A stretch of 61,823 nucleotides of DNA, the filler included, from Basidiobolus ranarum (Eukaryota): NCBI GenBank assembly GCA_040143965.1. It is 4 parts of 4 records of this genome, joined end to end, with 100 filler letters (N's around TTAATTAATTAA, not from the genome) between each part and the next. Parts side by side here need not be neighbours in the genome. Positions count along the whole stretch, not along the records: positions 15,534 to 30,933 come from JASJQH010000380.1; positions 31,034 to 46,384 come from JASJQH010000381.1; 2 more parts are not named here. One strand, 5' to 3'. Within the stretch, counting starts at the first letter, position 1. Each line of letters begins with the position of its first letter. Position numbers and translations under genes: made by a program. A model generated the notes under the pieces. It was not told the DNA's origin. It did no database searches and worked only from the letters and a program-made list of their open reading frames with translations. Of this stretch, positions 28,196 through 41,718 are shown piece after piece.

Positions 28196-29263
28196 TCAGA
28201 GTTGAGATATGGTGTCTGCTACGAAGTGCACTTTGGTTAACTGGTGAGTCAAAGCGTGTCGTTAAATACAGTCACCATTAACATTTGGATCTGTAGAGAT
28301 ACTTACTAAGCAGTACTGTTGACCAAAGAGCAGTCCACTATTTATTTAAAGAGAAAGAAGTTGAAAAAATGAGAGGTCTTTAAAGCTCTTGAGTGTGTGA
28401 AGGAATATGCTGCGGTGGTAAAAGTCTCGATTTGCAGGAGTGTAGTCGTTAGCTAAAAAGTACTATTGCTTCGCGAGATATTTTAGAATATTTCCTAATT
28501 TCATCGCAGTGCCATAACGCGTGTTGAATCTCGTAGTTTTTGGGAATATATTACCGTGATGTGTTCGATCTATAGTCACATTGCTACCCCTTTTTGAATC
28601 ATTTCAAAAACCTGTCCAATACTTTAATGACAATCCCTGAATATCAAATCCAGGTAAATGGTTCCAGTCCTATTGAATTTTTACGACAAGAGTTAATCCG
28701 TCCAATTGGTTATTCATCATACTCTATTGAGTTATTTAGTTGAGCAACGTTAAAGTTGCCGTTGAGGCAAGAAACGTGAATGAATACGACTGAGAACCCA
28801 ATATTCATTGTTTTTAGTTGCATTCCTCTTTAGTAGGTTAATTCAAGGTTGTGTGGTATATGTGTTAAACAGAAGGTTCCTTTAATGGCCGTTTCTCAAT
28901 GCTAAGTCTCATTTGCGATTGTTGACTGAAAACTGCGCGTGTTTGTACCCAGAACAGTGGTCTTGAGAGCTGAGTCCGTGACAATAGCTATCTAGCATAT
29001 ATATCACTCGTACTCTATCTACTTTTAGCTGTTCATCCTAACTTTGGAATTTGGTCATTGAATTTGTAGTTAATAGAATGACAAACAGTTGTTTATCATT
29101 TGAGTATTTTGTTGTAGCATCTGCAAACACATTCAACTGCTATATTTTGTGTATGCTAAAGTTGCTGAATAATTATCATACATACTATAATATATTTGCT
29201 ATGTCTTCAAATAACATCATTAATGCGTCAATTGCATTCTAATCCTAAACTCTGCCATGATAC

Positions 29264-29611
29264 TGTTGAAATTATCATAGCCTAAATATCTACATAGCCA
29301 TATATAGCTTAGTATTTAGTTATTCCATATTGAACTAAGATATCACCCACTATTCTCAATTGGAATTTACTTGGAATATTCTTACCAACTAGGAAGTTCT
29401 CAAATATATAGATTTTTCAAACTTGTGCTAGAAGCCCCAAACTTTGCACACATGTTCCTGGGAACTTCCTTAACACATTCTATACATTATTTTGTCTACA
29501 CCTTGACAAAACTATGAATGTCAACTTTCTACTCAATTGATCAACAAGTGAAAACCACCAATTCCTCTAATTCTCCAAACCACTTCCAACAGGCTCCCAG
29601 ATACTTTAACA
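29264..29611 (+). mobile_element. Family A LTR (348 bp) without a matching TSD
   Basis: TGTTGAAAT...TTAACA, colinear with 47577-47925. Flanks GATAC/ATATG differ, and no PBS or PPT is adjacent. Confidence 0.88.
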
Positions 29612-30300
29612 ATATGAACTAATTGCAAGGAAGTTCTAAATTTCTCCAATTTCAGTCAAGCTCATGGTTTGGTTAATATATCAGCAATCAAGTCTTCTGT
29701 TGAACAATAAGTTAAGTCAATAAACTTACTCTCTATAGTTTCTCTAATGAAGTGATTTCAAATATCTATCTGTTTGCTTCTATTATGAAACATGGGATTT
29801 TTAGCTTATTTGAAACAACTTGGATCATCTTGAAATATTGTAAATGGCAAATTTTGAGAATAACCCATCTCAATTAAGAGTTTTCTTAACCATATTGCTT
29901 CTTTTTCTGCTTCACAGGCAGCCAGGTATTCTGCTTCTGTTGTTGAAAGTGTTATGGCAGGTTATTTCTTTGAATTCCAAGAGATAACTCCATTACAGCA
30001 AAGAAAATAAGTATCATGTTGTAGATCTCTTCACTTTAATATCTCTTCCCTGATTTGCATCTGAATATCCCTTCAGATCAAGGTAGGATCTAGAATATGT
30101 ATACTACAAGCACAGATCTGTGGTATCCTTCAAATATCTGAAAATTCACTTGACTGCTTTGATATGATCAGATGCATAATTTTGAAGATATTGCCACATA
30201 ACTCCCACAGAATATGCAATATCTGGCCATGATCCGACCATGATATATAGCAGACTTCTGACAATTGATTGATAAGAAAATTTCTGGCTTTCATTTGAAT
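29612..30300 (-). pseudogene. Decayed Ty1/copia reverse transcriptase C-terminus and RNase H
   Basis: YQSIVRSLLY..WPDIAYSVG..AVK*IFRYLKDT..GYSDAN..RSTT..LSTTEAEYLAA..KQIDI*NHFIRE..YCSTEDLIADILTKP; stops and frameshifts. Confidence 0.92.
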
Positions 30301-30769
30301 CCAAGAACATCTGATCTAACAAAATTTAAGCATTGTTAATGTAAGAAAACCATGACAATTTTAAATCCATTTAGGTTTAACTGTTTACTTACTGTCATAA
30401 AATTGTCAAGTTAGATTAGATTTTAATCAATTTTGTCAGTTTCAGGAGTGAAATTTCAAGATCTTGAAAAATAGTTGCACATAACTTGTTACAATTTCAG
30501 AAAACTATGGATCAACTCATGTGCAAGAAACATAACTTAAATTTTACACATTTACCACTTGATTACTAATTTGTCACCTTCAAAATCCCTGGTTTCTTTG
30601 ATACATTCTCCTGAATATTTTTATAGAATTCTTCATACCCAAGATTTAGCTCATATTCAACACAAGTTTATATCAATATCCCTATCAAAGCCCACCATTG
30701 TATTAATGTTGCTGAATCAACATTACCCCAACATAAATTTGAGGATTGTGTTTGTAGGGGTAGCCAAAC

Positions 30770-30933
30770 ATAATCTCCTGGCTTGAGATCTAGGCTTGGC
30801 TTTCTTTTCTTATCAGCAAAGCTCTTGTATTGGGATTGAGCATGCTCCAACTCAGATATTAATTGTTTACGGATGTCCTTAAGGAAAGTGGCATGGTCTG
30901 AGGCAGCAGGGCAAGGTAGATTGGATGGTAGGT
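30770..30933 (-). mobile_element. Ty3/gypsy integrase C-terminal fragment at the contig end
   Basis: LEHAQSQYKSFADKKRKPSLDLKPGDYVWL matches the AQxxxKxxADxxR...GDxVWL motif. Confidence 0.75.
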
Positions 30934-31033
30934 NNNNNNNNNNNNNNNNNNNNNNNNNNNNNNNNNNNNNNNNNNNNTTAATTAATTAANNNNNNNNNNN
31001 NNNNNNNNNNNNNNNNNNNNNNNNNNNNNNNNN
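30934..31033. other. Artificial contig linker
   Basis: N44-TTAATTAATTAA-N44. Confidence 0.98.
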
Positions 31034-32563
31034 TTCAAGTATCCTTGGCCCCCACATCTTTCGCGGCAAATGCTACCAACTCTTTCGGTGTGCCAGGTGA
31101 TGAGAGGCTTGATCACGCAGCAAAGGCGAACCACCTCAGCGTGTGGGGGATTTGGATTCATCCACATGTTCTTAACGTAATTAAGACCAATATTTAAACC
31201 TATAGCCCTGGCGAGAAGAGGCAATAATGCCCGCTGTTGAAGTTGGTATGCCAAAATGGGGGTATCCGATTTGCCACTTGGCCCAACAGTCAATCTGGTG
31301 GCTGCATATCTGAACGCGATATTCAAAGCAACCTTAGAGTTGGATAGATTCATAGCGGCAATGCACAAACGGCCACTGAGAAGCTGATCAGCAACCTTGA
31401 TGAAACGGCTATTTTCATAAACGAAGGAAATATGAGAAACAGCGTATTTACAGAACATCATGATTTGCATACTTACTTTCTACGTCCTTCGATTTTGGAG
31501 GTGAATTTGCCTTCTGGAGAAACATCGGAATGTCTATTTAAAAGATTCTCTCTAGGGATTCTGTGATCTACACAGTTAGTAATCGCTATGTATATGCTAG
31601 TGATACTTGTTGCTTACCTGACGTGATCGAAAGATAATAAAGCATTGTCTACTCCATCCAACTCTTGCTTACGGCCCATATCACGAATGGTGACTCCTGG
31701 ACATACGCTAGAATCTTCATTACGAATTCGTACTAGGAACGAGTGAATACCTAAGATAATTCATATTAGTGATAATTTCAAATAACAAAGTAGAACTGTC
31801 TGAACCAACCTTCTGCCTTGTTATTGACACTCAATTGTGCGAAAACAATACAATATTTGGCGTGAACTGCTCCATTAGTGATCCAAAACTTCTGACTCTT
31901 GGTAGAGGGGCTGTGGATGATGAACTCTTGGGCAGCATTATCATAAATGGCAGTAGTCTCCATTTCAATAGCATTGTTACCATAGCCAAGCTCTGTAAGG
32001 CCAAAACAACCAGTGGATTGTAAGTTGTCAATCTTGGGGATGAGATAACGGTGTCTCTCAGTTCCAAGTTTAAGCAAAGTTCCACCAAACTGATTAAAGT
32101 TAGCCAATAGTTCAATTTTATCCATGATTTGAGTGTGTATCGACTTACTAGATTATAATTTACAGTAAGCTTGGTAGCAGTTCCACCATCAATTAAGCCA
32201 ACAACCTCATGTACTATCACATAAAATGTATTGATTTAGAGAAGCCCAGTTAACACAAGTATGAAGTAACAAGTAATTACCCGCAAATACATTCAAAGGA
32301 TTTCTTTCAAAGTCGTACACCGATATGAAACCTTCTTCTCCGATACGCTTCAACCGTTGAAAGGCTAGCTCACGTTCTTGTTCGAGGGTTATGTCGTATT
32401 GAGGAATGTAGAGTTTGAGATTGTCAACCATAAACTTCTTCAAAGCTTTACGGTTGTCACGGTTGTCAGGCTCCAAGATGGAGTTCAGTTCGTCCAAGTT
32501 GAATGAAGCTTTAGGAAACTTGGAGACATGTTGGGAGAAAGCAGAAGAAGAGGGAGTAGTCAT
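31034..32563 (-). CDS. Acyl-CoA oxidase/dehydrogenase-family flavoprotein, 3'-truncated
   Basis: [70 protein letters not shown]; multi-exon. Confidence 0.92.
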
Positions 32564-34750
32564 TATACTTTGAGGTATTGTTGGTGTTGTTGAAAGGCTG
32601 ACCAGAAAGCTAAAGTAGGTCAGTAAAAGATAACGGGCTCTAAGGATTCAAAGCACATTAAATAAGGTGGATTCCTTTGGCACTGATTCACAAATATAAT
32701 TAGCAGTAATTTCAATCAGCATTAGTAAATACAGTGACTTCTGAGTGACCTGTGTGACTGAGCCTATACCAATGAATAGGCCAGTTCTTGATGAACCTTG
32801 TATCGATCATCAAGCAAAGTAAGCATCACCTGACAATTGTACGTAAACCAATTTCTACATCAGCAACAGGAGCCAGAAGCATGTGCTTACGCGTGACATC
32901 TAACCTATGCTGTAATGAAAATCACATGTAAATATCCAGCAGTTTTACATTTGTGTACAGAAATCCGATGTATTATTGAAAGCAAAGCACCATTGGTAGC
33001 TTTGATTGGATTGATTTCTATTTTCCCACCTGAAATAGCTGATGTCTGGCTATCATGCTCAGAGACTGCACTAGGAATACTTCTTACCTGAGCAGATATT
33101 AGACTGCTACTATTCTCGGCCCGATTGAGCTCATCTGTCGCTACTGACCCTGAAACCACGCAACCTCACAGCACATTATATAATATGATGACACAAAAAT
33201 AGGCTCAGGCAAAATTTGGATATCACGTTTCTGATGCAATAAAAATACACACCCATGATTATGATTATGATACAAAGAACCATGGATCATATGCATGGTT
33301 GGATTCTCCTCCATCTAGTGATACAAATGGATCATCTTCCCCTACAGTTTAGATTGAATTAGGAACCACTCTCCAGGGCTTTACTCCAATTTGATTGTAG
33401 GTGTCACCTAGCGAATTAGAATATAGATTTCAGTGGAAGTACGAATGAGTAATTGAAAACGCCAACGGCAATGTCTCTATTCAATTCGTTTACCTTTACA
33501 CACTCAAGCAACATAGAACGTGCAAGTAATCAGGCAATATCAATTCATAATACATCGACAATACCCTAGTCTACAAATCAACATCAAAGGCATTCAATAA
33601 AGTATACGTTTAATGTGTAGGTGTGATTCGCTTACATTCTTTAGAAACTTGATTTTCCTGCTACTTTTTCTATTTAGTCATTCCCATTTTTCCAATCTCC
33701 ACGTTAAGCTTGACAGTGTTAATGTAAACTGGGACTTTTAAACCATCAAACGTATGATCTTGGGCTTTTTCGCAAGTTTCCAGCTTCGCTTTCCTTTCTC
33801 AACCTTATAGAGCTTGTCATCTGTTTATAAAGAAGTAGTAGTGATATGGGTATATAGGCCTCCATGAAGTACAGCCTTGCGTGGAAAGAATACAATTACA
33901 AGTGAGTCTGTACCACATTAGACCCTTTAATTTTGCAAATAGAGTAAGGATTACATAGTTGAACTATTTGGTATAGGATAGATTAAACTCAGCTGTAATC
34001 CATGAAAACCATCCTAAACTTTAACTTGCCTTTAGAGGCGCTGGGTTCATTCCAAGAGAACATTCATCTTGATGCAAAGAGCCACTGGATAGTTAAAATA
34101 TATGATCCATTATTTGACCGTTCTCTTCCTTTTTAGTTCGTTTATATTGGCATATTCTTGTATCTCAGCTATATCAGTTGTTTATCTTAAAAATGTAGCA
34201 AGTGTACTGTATATACTGGTTATCTTTTATGCTTCACCCATGCTTATGGGATTACCATCTTTGTAAATCGCTTAGTTAGTTATGGATTGTTGTAAACTTT
34301 AGTATACCTGGATGTAAAGAAACATTTGGTTGAACAGCTGACGCTTAGTGTAAGATTCCAGATACTATGAATATACGCAGATAATACAAGCACCGAAGTC
34401 ATGGTTCACTGGGAATCCACTAAAGCCCTACCAATTCATCAATCACTTCTCACTTCCTAGATGTTGGGACATTACCTTCAAGTAGATTTTACCAAAGTGT
34501 CAAACTTGGCATCTCTAGGTTATTTGCTAATTAACAATGCATAAATCAATTCTAGGAATCAAGGATTTCACAAAATCAGTAAATTTGCTTATGTTATTGT
34601 TATATGATTTATTAACATTTCAAGCTATATCATACTGACTGAAATTTTGTGGAGTTTTACGAAGATGAAAGTTAGAGATTGAATACATGAACATATATAT
34701 CAGAAAAAGGCAGTTTATAGATGGCCAGAAAAATGGGGGATACTTTAAAA

Positions 34751-35590
34751 TCAGTAAGAAACACCTTCTTGCTCCAGTAATGGATCGAAACCATAAGCAG
34801 AGCCTCCATGCATGAATATGCCCAAAACGAGTCCAGAGCAAATTTGGCCCAAGAAGCTGGGGAATCTAGTGAAAAATGCAAGCAGGTAAAATATTTGCCA
34901 GTGGTGAAGATGTACTCGATATTTGGGCCAAGATTTGATCCTGGCTACATCCTTTTCGGTGACGCGCGGGCTGATACCATTTGTAGGCTTCGAACTGATG
35001 TGTTCTTCGCCTTTCTTTGGTGGATCAATAGTTGGAACTGCATAGGAGATTTCTCGTCTACGATACTCCTCGTACCAGTTAACAGCCGGTCCAGCTCCTA
35101 ACAATCCAAGGCCAATAATCAAACCGGTCATATACCAACTTAAAATACCCGCATGATAAGCTAAAACGAAATGATATACTGCTAAGATAAGTACAATGGC
35201 CACTCCACCGAGGTGAACCATCCATGCTTCACGAGACCACGTACGCCAAGTAACCAGGCTTACTTTTAAGAAAGGGAGCTCGCCCAACAGTGCAAAGCCA
35301 ATCATGCCAACAAAGAAAGCGATTACGGTCCAAATGGAAAAAGTGTGGCTGTAATTACCAAAAAGAAACAGCAAGACGTTATAGATCAACGCATCTTGTA
35401 TATCTTGGAGGAAACCCACGGGAGATTTGTCCTGACGCTCCCAGCTGTATTTTTTCGATAAAAAGAGAAACACCTGGGAACCTCCAATCACCACTACCAA
35501 AAGGTAAACTAAAAATGTCGACAGATTAAAGGAAACAAATACATTTGATTGCTGGGGGTTGTAACATGCGTCAAACGCCTGACTACCCAT
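34751..35590 (-). CDS. Intronless multi-pass membrane protein (279 aa) with an HLHHW motif
   Basis: Long single ORF with several hydrophobic helices; C-terminus YRVHLHHWQIFYLLAFFTRF..GIFMHGGSAYGFD. Confidence 0.8.
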   Translation of the reverse strand: MGSQAFDACYNPQQSNVFVSFNLSTFLVYLLVVVIGGSQVFLFLSKKYSWERQDKSPVGFLQDIQDALIYNVLLFLFGNYSHTFSIWTVIAFFVGMIGFALLGELPFLKVSLVTWRTWSREAWMVHLGGVAIVLILAVYHFVLAYHAGILSWYMTGLIIGLGLLGAGPAVNWYEEYRRREISYAVPTIDPPKKGEEHISSKPTNGISPRVTEKDVARIKSWPKYRVHLHHWQIFYLLAFFTRFPSFLGQICSGLVLGIFMHGGSAYGFDPLLEQEGVSY

Positions 35591-36036
35591 CGTTAGTATT
35601 CTTTAATTCAGACTGAGTTTGAGCGGTAGTCGAGTCTTCTTATTGTTTATATGACTCTGTGACGGCGTGACGTCATTATGACTTTAACACCATTTACGCC
35701 CAACAACACTCGTCAAGATTGGGAAATTACATCAAGTGACTAGAGAAGTATGATTTAGATTGGATGGAGATTTAATATTATTGAGTAATTTGAAGGGACC
35801 GCGTATAGCGAATTTACGAGACAACTGAACTTGCCTCACTTGGGTAATACAGCTATCATCAATTCATCATTATGTACTGATATATTTGGGATCTTATCAA
35901 CAAAATATAATATGCTACCGGGTTCAAAAAACTGAGCAACAAAATGGGACTACCGCCTTGTCAACAAACGTGTGGGGAGTTAACAGGTTTATTATGTACT
36001 AGTGAGCTTAAAACAGCAAAATGAGTTCTCTCCATT

Positions 36037-36784
36037 TTAGATATTCGACTTGAATAACAATTTGTTTTCTTTGGTGGCCTGTTGATATTCCTTAGTTAAT
36101 CCAGAGATGCTCTTGAATTTCTCATGCTTGGCGTCACCAATCAACTGGAAAATGATGGACTCAGAAGTGGTGATAGAGGCACCAGCTTGGCGCATACGTG
36201 CCAAGGCGATATCAATCTCTGGATAATTCATAGACGATACACCATCAGACAAAACATGGACATCATAGTTATGTTCGAGAAGGTCAAGACAAGTTTGAAG
36301 GACACAAATATGAGACTACATAACAAGAATAATCAATAATTGCGTACAAAATTGAAGTGAAAAAAACAAAATGACTTACTTCAATACCAAACAAAACAAC
36401 CGATTTGACCTTCAAGTCCTTTTTGAGAAGTGATTCTACTTCCGGGAGAAACATGGAAAATTTGGATTTCTCAACGTTGCATTTCGCTTTTGAAATGTCC
36501 AGTTCTTGAACAGTTTTACCTAACGCCTTGGGATTTTGCTCAGTTACAATAATTGGGATATCGAGATGGTTTGCGGCAGTGACCTGGAATGGAATAAGTT
36601 TCAAGGATTAACAATCAAGGAATTCAAAAGCAAGATTAAACAAACATACCATTTTCTGAGCAGTGGCGATGACATTCGGGAAGGCATGAATGAGAGTACG
36701 AAAACGCTCCTGAATGTCGCATACAAAGAACGCAGTTGAGTTTGGGTTAATTTTAGTGATGGCACGTGTAGCAGAAATCGACAT
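36037..36784 (-). CDS. Isochorismatase domain-containing protein (ISOC1/2-like); 3 exons
   Basis: [54 protein letters not shown]. Confidence 0.94.
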
Positions 36785-39266
36785 ATTAAAGAACAAGATG
36801 AGGTATGGAACATCGATGAAAGTTCAATTTAAATAGAGGCAAGCGTGAGACTTTCCTATGTCGATTTAGGCGATTATTTCCTCCCGGCAGTTTCCACATC
36901 AAATCCACAAGCCACTACTGATTCATAACAGATAATTATTAGATATTGTTATGATGAGGGTTGCTTGATCCTAGATCATCACTTCGATGTCTCATAATAA
37001 CTCACACGAATTCGGAAGTCAATTTTAAACACTTATTAGTAACAAAATCCTAGCTAGTTTTCTAAACCCAATTCGAAATTGCTTGGATAGTTGGCCCATA
37101 GATCTGCCGGTGTTGACCGAACTCCATTACGCTCAAAGCGAAATAAAGCGTCTTTCTTCTTAGGCATGTGCATACTGAACAAGACTGGGGGATTACCTAT
37201 ATGAATATCCTCATAATGTTACCATCCAACGTCATCACCAGCAGAAAAAAGGGTCAGGAATCTAGAATTTACCTTTAAAGGTCAATCTAACAAATTTGAA
37301 GGCCTATATAGCTTTACTTGACTAAATAGTATGTATCTGGCAAACTGTCATATTTTATTCAATGTTATCGAAAGATTTGCTTAAATGTTCGAAACGCTTT
37401 CTATACCAATATCTTAGCGTTATAGTTCGCTCTTTCTCTGATACTACATGGAGTTAGATGTACTCTAGCATACTCTTTAGTGTACATACAAAAAACATTA
37501 CTTCTAAAGCTGAAACTTGTGTACTCCACCCTGTTGCACGACAATTGAAATCCGTTAGGTAACATTATAATATTTCTCGCGGAGATAACATACATTCCGA
37601 GACAAGCTATAGTCAATCTTAAGATTTTCTAAACATGTTTGGTTTATATGAAAAGCAAACATTTATAACCAAGTGAGATACTTAAACTGTCAAGGTTTGC
37701 TTAAATTCTAATTCACAAATCATTCAATACATAGCCAAACTAAGCCCAATCTACTGCTGAACTATATCGGATAATATTCTTTATCAACAAGATAATTATT
37801 GCCATATCTCTCGCCCCAATCAATAACTAATTCGCTCATCTGTTAGAATCCAGGTGGCGAGCTTTAAATTACTCTCGCAGCCTCTTAATCCACTCTAGTT
37901 TTTTTTATCCAAATACAAGACTACACTCAATGAATGTCAACAACCTCATTCAACAGTTTTAATTTTTTTTTGGTAATAGTGCCACATCAATATTGCTATC
38001 CTAAATAATGATTTTGTCTTTCAGCACTTCATCGGTTACAACGATCATTATATTATACTGGTGAGCTCCAAAGAGTTTTCACGAATAGAATCATCTCATT
38101 GACTTCTTATTTGGGCATTTAGCACTGAATGCTCAATTTTTGGTCATTGGATTTCGATTCTACAATGACAAGAATAATTGAGGACATTCAGGTAGCTCAC
38201 TTTCGGGAAACAGCAGATTATGAGCAACTCATGTAAGGAAACTTCTGACCAAACACTCGACACATTTAATTGTTGAACTGACTTGGTGGCTCAGATATAT
38301 CTTAACAACTTTGATTCCATACTTGATAAAATGAGCTCTAGTGAGCTTATCTAGAGTCTCGAAATCCCTCCAAGATATAGTGTGTTCTATGAACTTAATT
38401 ATTCTATATTGGTGTTTTTACTTTATAAATAGACTTCGCTGTTTTATTTAGATGCTATGGATTATCAGATTTTCATTACGAGATGGGTTCTTATGCCATG
38501 ATCCAATGCAATTACAGGTACGGTGGAAGTACACGGTTTCGAATTAGGACTGCTTTAGGAATTTAATCAACTCATCAGCCCCATTCCATGTTTGGTGGGT
38601 TTGGGTCGTATCGCTGTTCTCTGGCCTACTAGGATCTATATTACGTTTCTTGTAACAAGCCTTGGCTAATGAAATAAAATTTGAGTTTCACATGTATCCA
38701 ACAATGCTGTCCAATCAACTTGTCGTAATATCGGAAATCCCATACTGGGAATGACCCTGCCCTAAAGCACTCACGAATCAGTTCGAAGACTTTGTTTGAA
38801 TGTAGATTGACTTCGTGGAAATGAAAGGCTGAATATTATGTGTCCTATTCTTAGATAATACCATGCATATTCGGTTATAAATATCTAGACAGCTATCCTT
38901 TTGGCTTTATTTGTAACTAAATACCATAATAGGAGAAGCAATTAGTGCTTATGGTTTGTGCAAGCGTTGATTATCATTGGATGGAAAACTCCACGGTTTC
39001 TCAGAAAATGTTAATTGCAACGGGTGGCAACTAGCCCACAATGAATTCTGAAAATGGTAATATCCTTGAAATATGTACCCAAGCCGAAGGCACTGTATAA
39101 AAATGATATACAGAGATCGCTCTCACTGAGAAGAAATACCCCTTGTTTCCCAAACTTTCTTTGTTTCCACACCCATTATTTCGTCGTCTAACTGGCTTGC
39201 CATTTTGTTCTTTCAGTCTTGCATATCCTAGTCAAAGCCTCTATCTAATATCTATACTTTTGAAAC

Positions 39267-40407
39267 ATGAAATTCGGAAGTTTCGACGACGTTTGTCGTG
39301 AGGTACCACTAACTGTATGCTCTTTACTTGGTGCCGATGGTGATGGAATTGAACCACGTTGTTACGCTCGTAACTTTGAATTTGCTGGCAAATTATTCTT
39401 TGAGTTCGGTGGGTGTTTCTTGAGTATGAGTATGCGTACATAGTTTGGTTACTTACATTCTGTCTATTAGCTGTCATTATCATCTATATCACTGTGCTCT
39501 TCATGAGTCTAATTATGATATATCATATCAAAACGAAATACACTGCTGTTGGTAAGTCAATTTAGAACTAGTTTTGTCCGCATTTTCCCTATTGACCTTA
39601 CTCTTGTAGGCCGTAAGGAGATGGTAACTTTTTTTGTTCTGTACATGCTGACCACTATCATTGAGGCTGTTGTGGTGTCCGGTATTATTCCTTCGTCCTC
39701 TGCGCTCCATCCTGTTAGTTTACTTTAATATTTGTATTCTATGTATCGATGCTAAATATTTTACTTTGATAGTGGTTTGTTGCTGCTCACGTCGGACTCC
39801 TATGTGCCTCAGTTTGGTGCCTACTTTTCAACGGATTGGTCGGGTTTCAGGTTTTCGAAGATGGCACAAGCCTCTCTCTTTGGGTAGGTTCATTTTGTAA
39901 CCTGTAGTCGTTTTGTATTCGCTGACTCGTATTTTACAGGGAGTTCGCCTATCTTCTTTGATCGTTTTTGGTGGCGCATTTTTTGTTGCTATAGCAACCT
40001 TCAAAAATATGGTTGGATTCCTTAATACTTCCAATCCCATCGGGCTCTGGATCCTGTACTTCATCTTCAATGGTGTTGGAATCTTCATCTACTTTATACT
40101 CCAGCTTGTTCTCGTTTTAAAGACCCTAGATGATCGTTGGCCTTTAGGTGATATTCTTTTCGCTATAACCTTCTTCATTATTGGCCAGGTTATATTGTAT
40201 TTCTTCTCACAAGATATCTGTACCTATGCAACTCATTACATTGATGGGATGTTCTTTGGAGTCATGTGCACGCTTCTATCTGTGATGATGGTATACAAAT
40301 ACTGGGATTCAATCACTAAAGAGGATCTTGAGTTTTCTGTGGGAGGAAAGACCCCACAGTGGGATGTAAAATATGACATGGGTGGCTACGATAATGGCAG
40401 ATACTAA
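39267..40407 (+). CDS. CHS7: Chitin synthase export chaperone Chs7, paralog 1; 5 exons
   Basis: [77 protein letters not shown]. Confidence 0.95.
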
Positions 40408-41718
40408 AACCGCGCAAGCATCGTTTACTGTCAGAAGCATGAGTATATCATAAAGCATTTAACGGAATACTCCACTTGTACAATTAGATTAATGTACATT
40501 TCTTGCACTCTTCTATTACGCTATTCACTAAAGTTTCTTAGTACTCGGCAATTTTTTCCTCCCCTCATATCTATTCTCATACCCAATTTTACGAGAATAT
40601 TCGTCCGAAAGTGTTCATTGTTCAAATTGGTTTTTTTCTAATTGAGTAGCGTTGGCTGGCATTTTTAACATGCCTCCCTAATCATAGTGTAGGCTTTGAG
40701 ATAGTGATTTAAATATAGTGGATTTCTAAAGAATATTGCAGTATTATTGTTAGCTCTTGAAAGGCGTTAAATCTCTTTTACTTTGTTGTATATGCTTTAT
40801 AGAGTTCGTAAGCAGAGTTATTTTTATCTTATCCGCAATACTGACTGGCCATGGGTAAGATTACGTGCATTAGTGGTGAAAAAAGACCCCACTTGATATC
40901 GATCTTTCTAGCGTAGTTCGCATCAATCCTTAGCTTTTAGAGTAAACGAGCCGATTGAAGAGTTATGTCGTATCGTCATACTACTTAGCTAGATCACCTA
41001 GTAAAGCATGGCTAAAATAGAGAATACAGTCTAATACACCCCAATAACCAATGATTACCGTATTAGAAAAGTCAATGGATTTTTATTGACCATTAAAATA
41101 CCAGCAAACAGCACTGGCCAATCCAAGCTGCAGGAATGTACTCTCCCAAGACCACTTTCACATTCGATCAAAAAAATCCAGTAATGAGGGTATCGAATGA
41201 CTCTATTGGCAAAGTTATGAGCGTCGCACATCCCGATTGGCCATCAAAACTGATTTACTTGATGGGCCAAGTTCAATTTCTTGAAATTGGATTACCATTG
41301 GTCAGTATATCCTTGCTATAATTGAAGTTTGCTTCTATGGGTTATTTTGTACAGCTCCATGAATCTGTCTAGGTAGCCTATCCTTTGGGGACCGTATCGT
41401 TACAATGCGGTCTTGCTGAATAGTCTTAATATCACTGAACCCGTATGATGTATCCATTTGATAATAGTGACGAGGTAGAGTATTGCATAGCAAGAGTTAG
41501 CCAATCAATAGAGCATATATGATAGATGCCACTTCAAGTTATATGCTCATCATCCGAGATGATTAGGCCAACTCATTGATGACATACCGATTCATCATGG
41601 CTTGACAAATCTCATCGTTTATTTTCAATGAGAGGCAACCCTCTCTCCTTGGTGTCAACATTACTATAAAATCCTCCCGAAGACAACGAATTTTACCAAA
41701 CTATCTCAATTCATTATA

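Noticed and set aside
36948..37001. Imperfect hairpin containing a C-box-like ATGATGA upstream of the isochorismatase gene
   Set aside because: No properly placed D box; an AT-rich stem like this could arise by chance.
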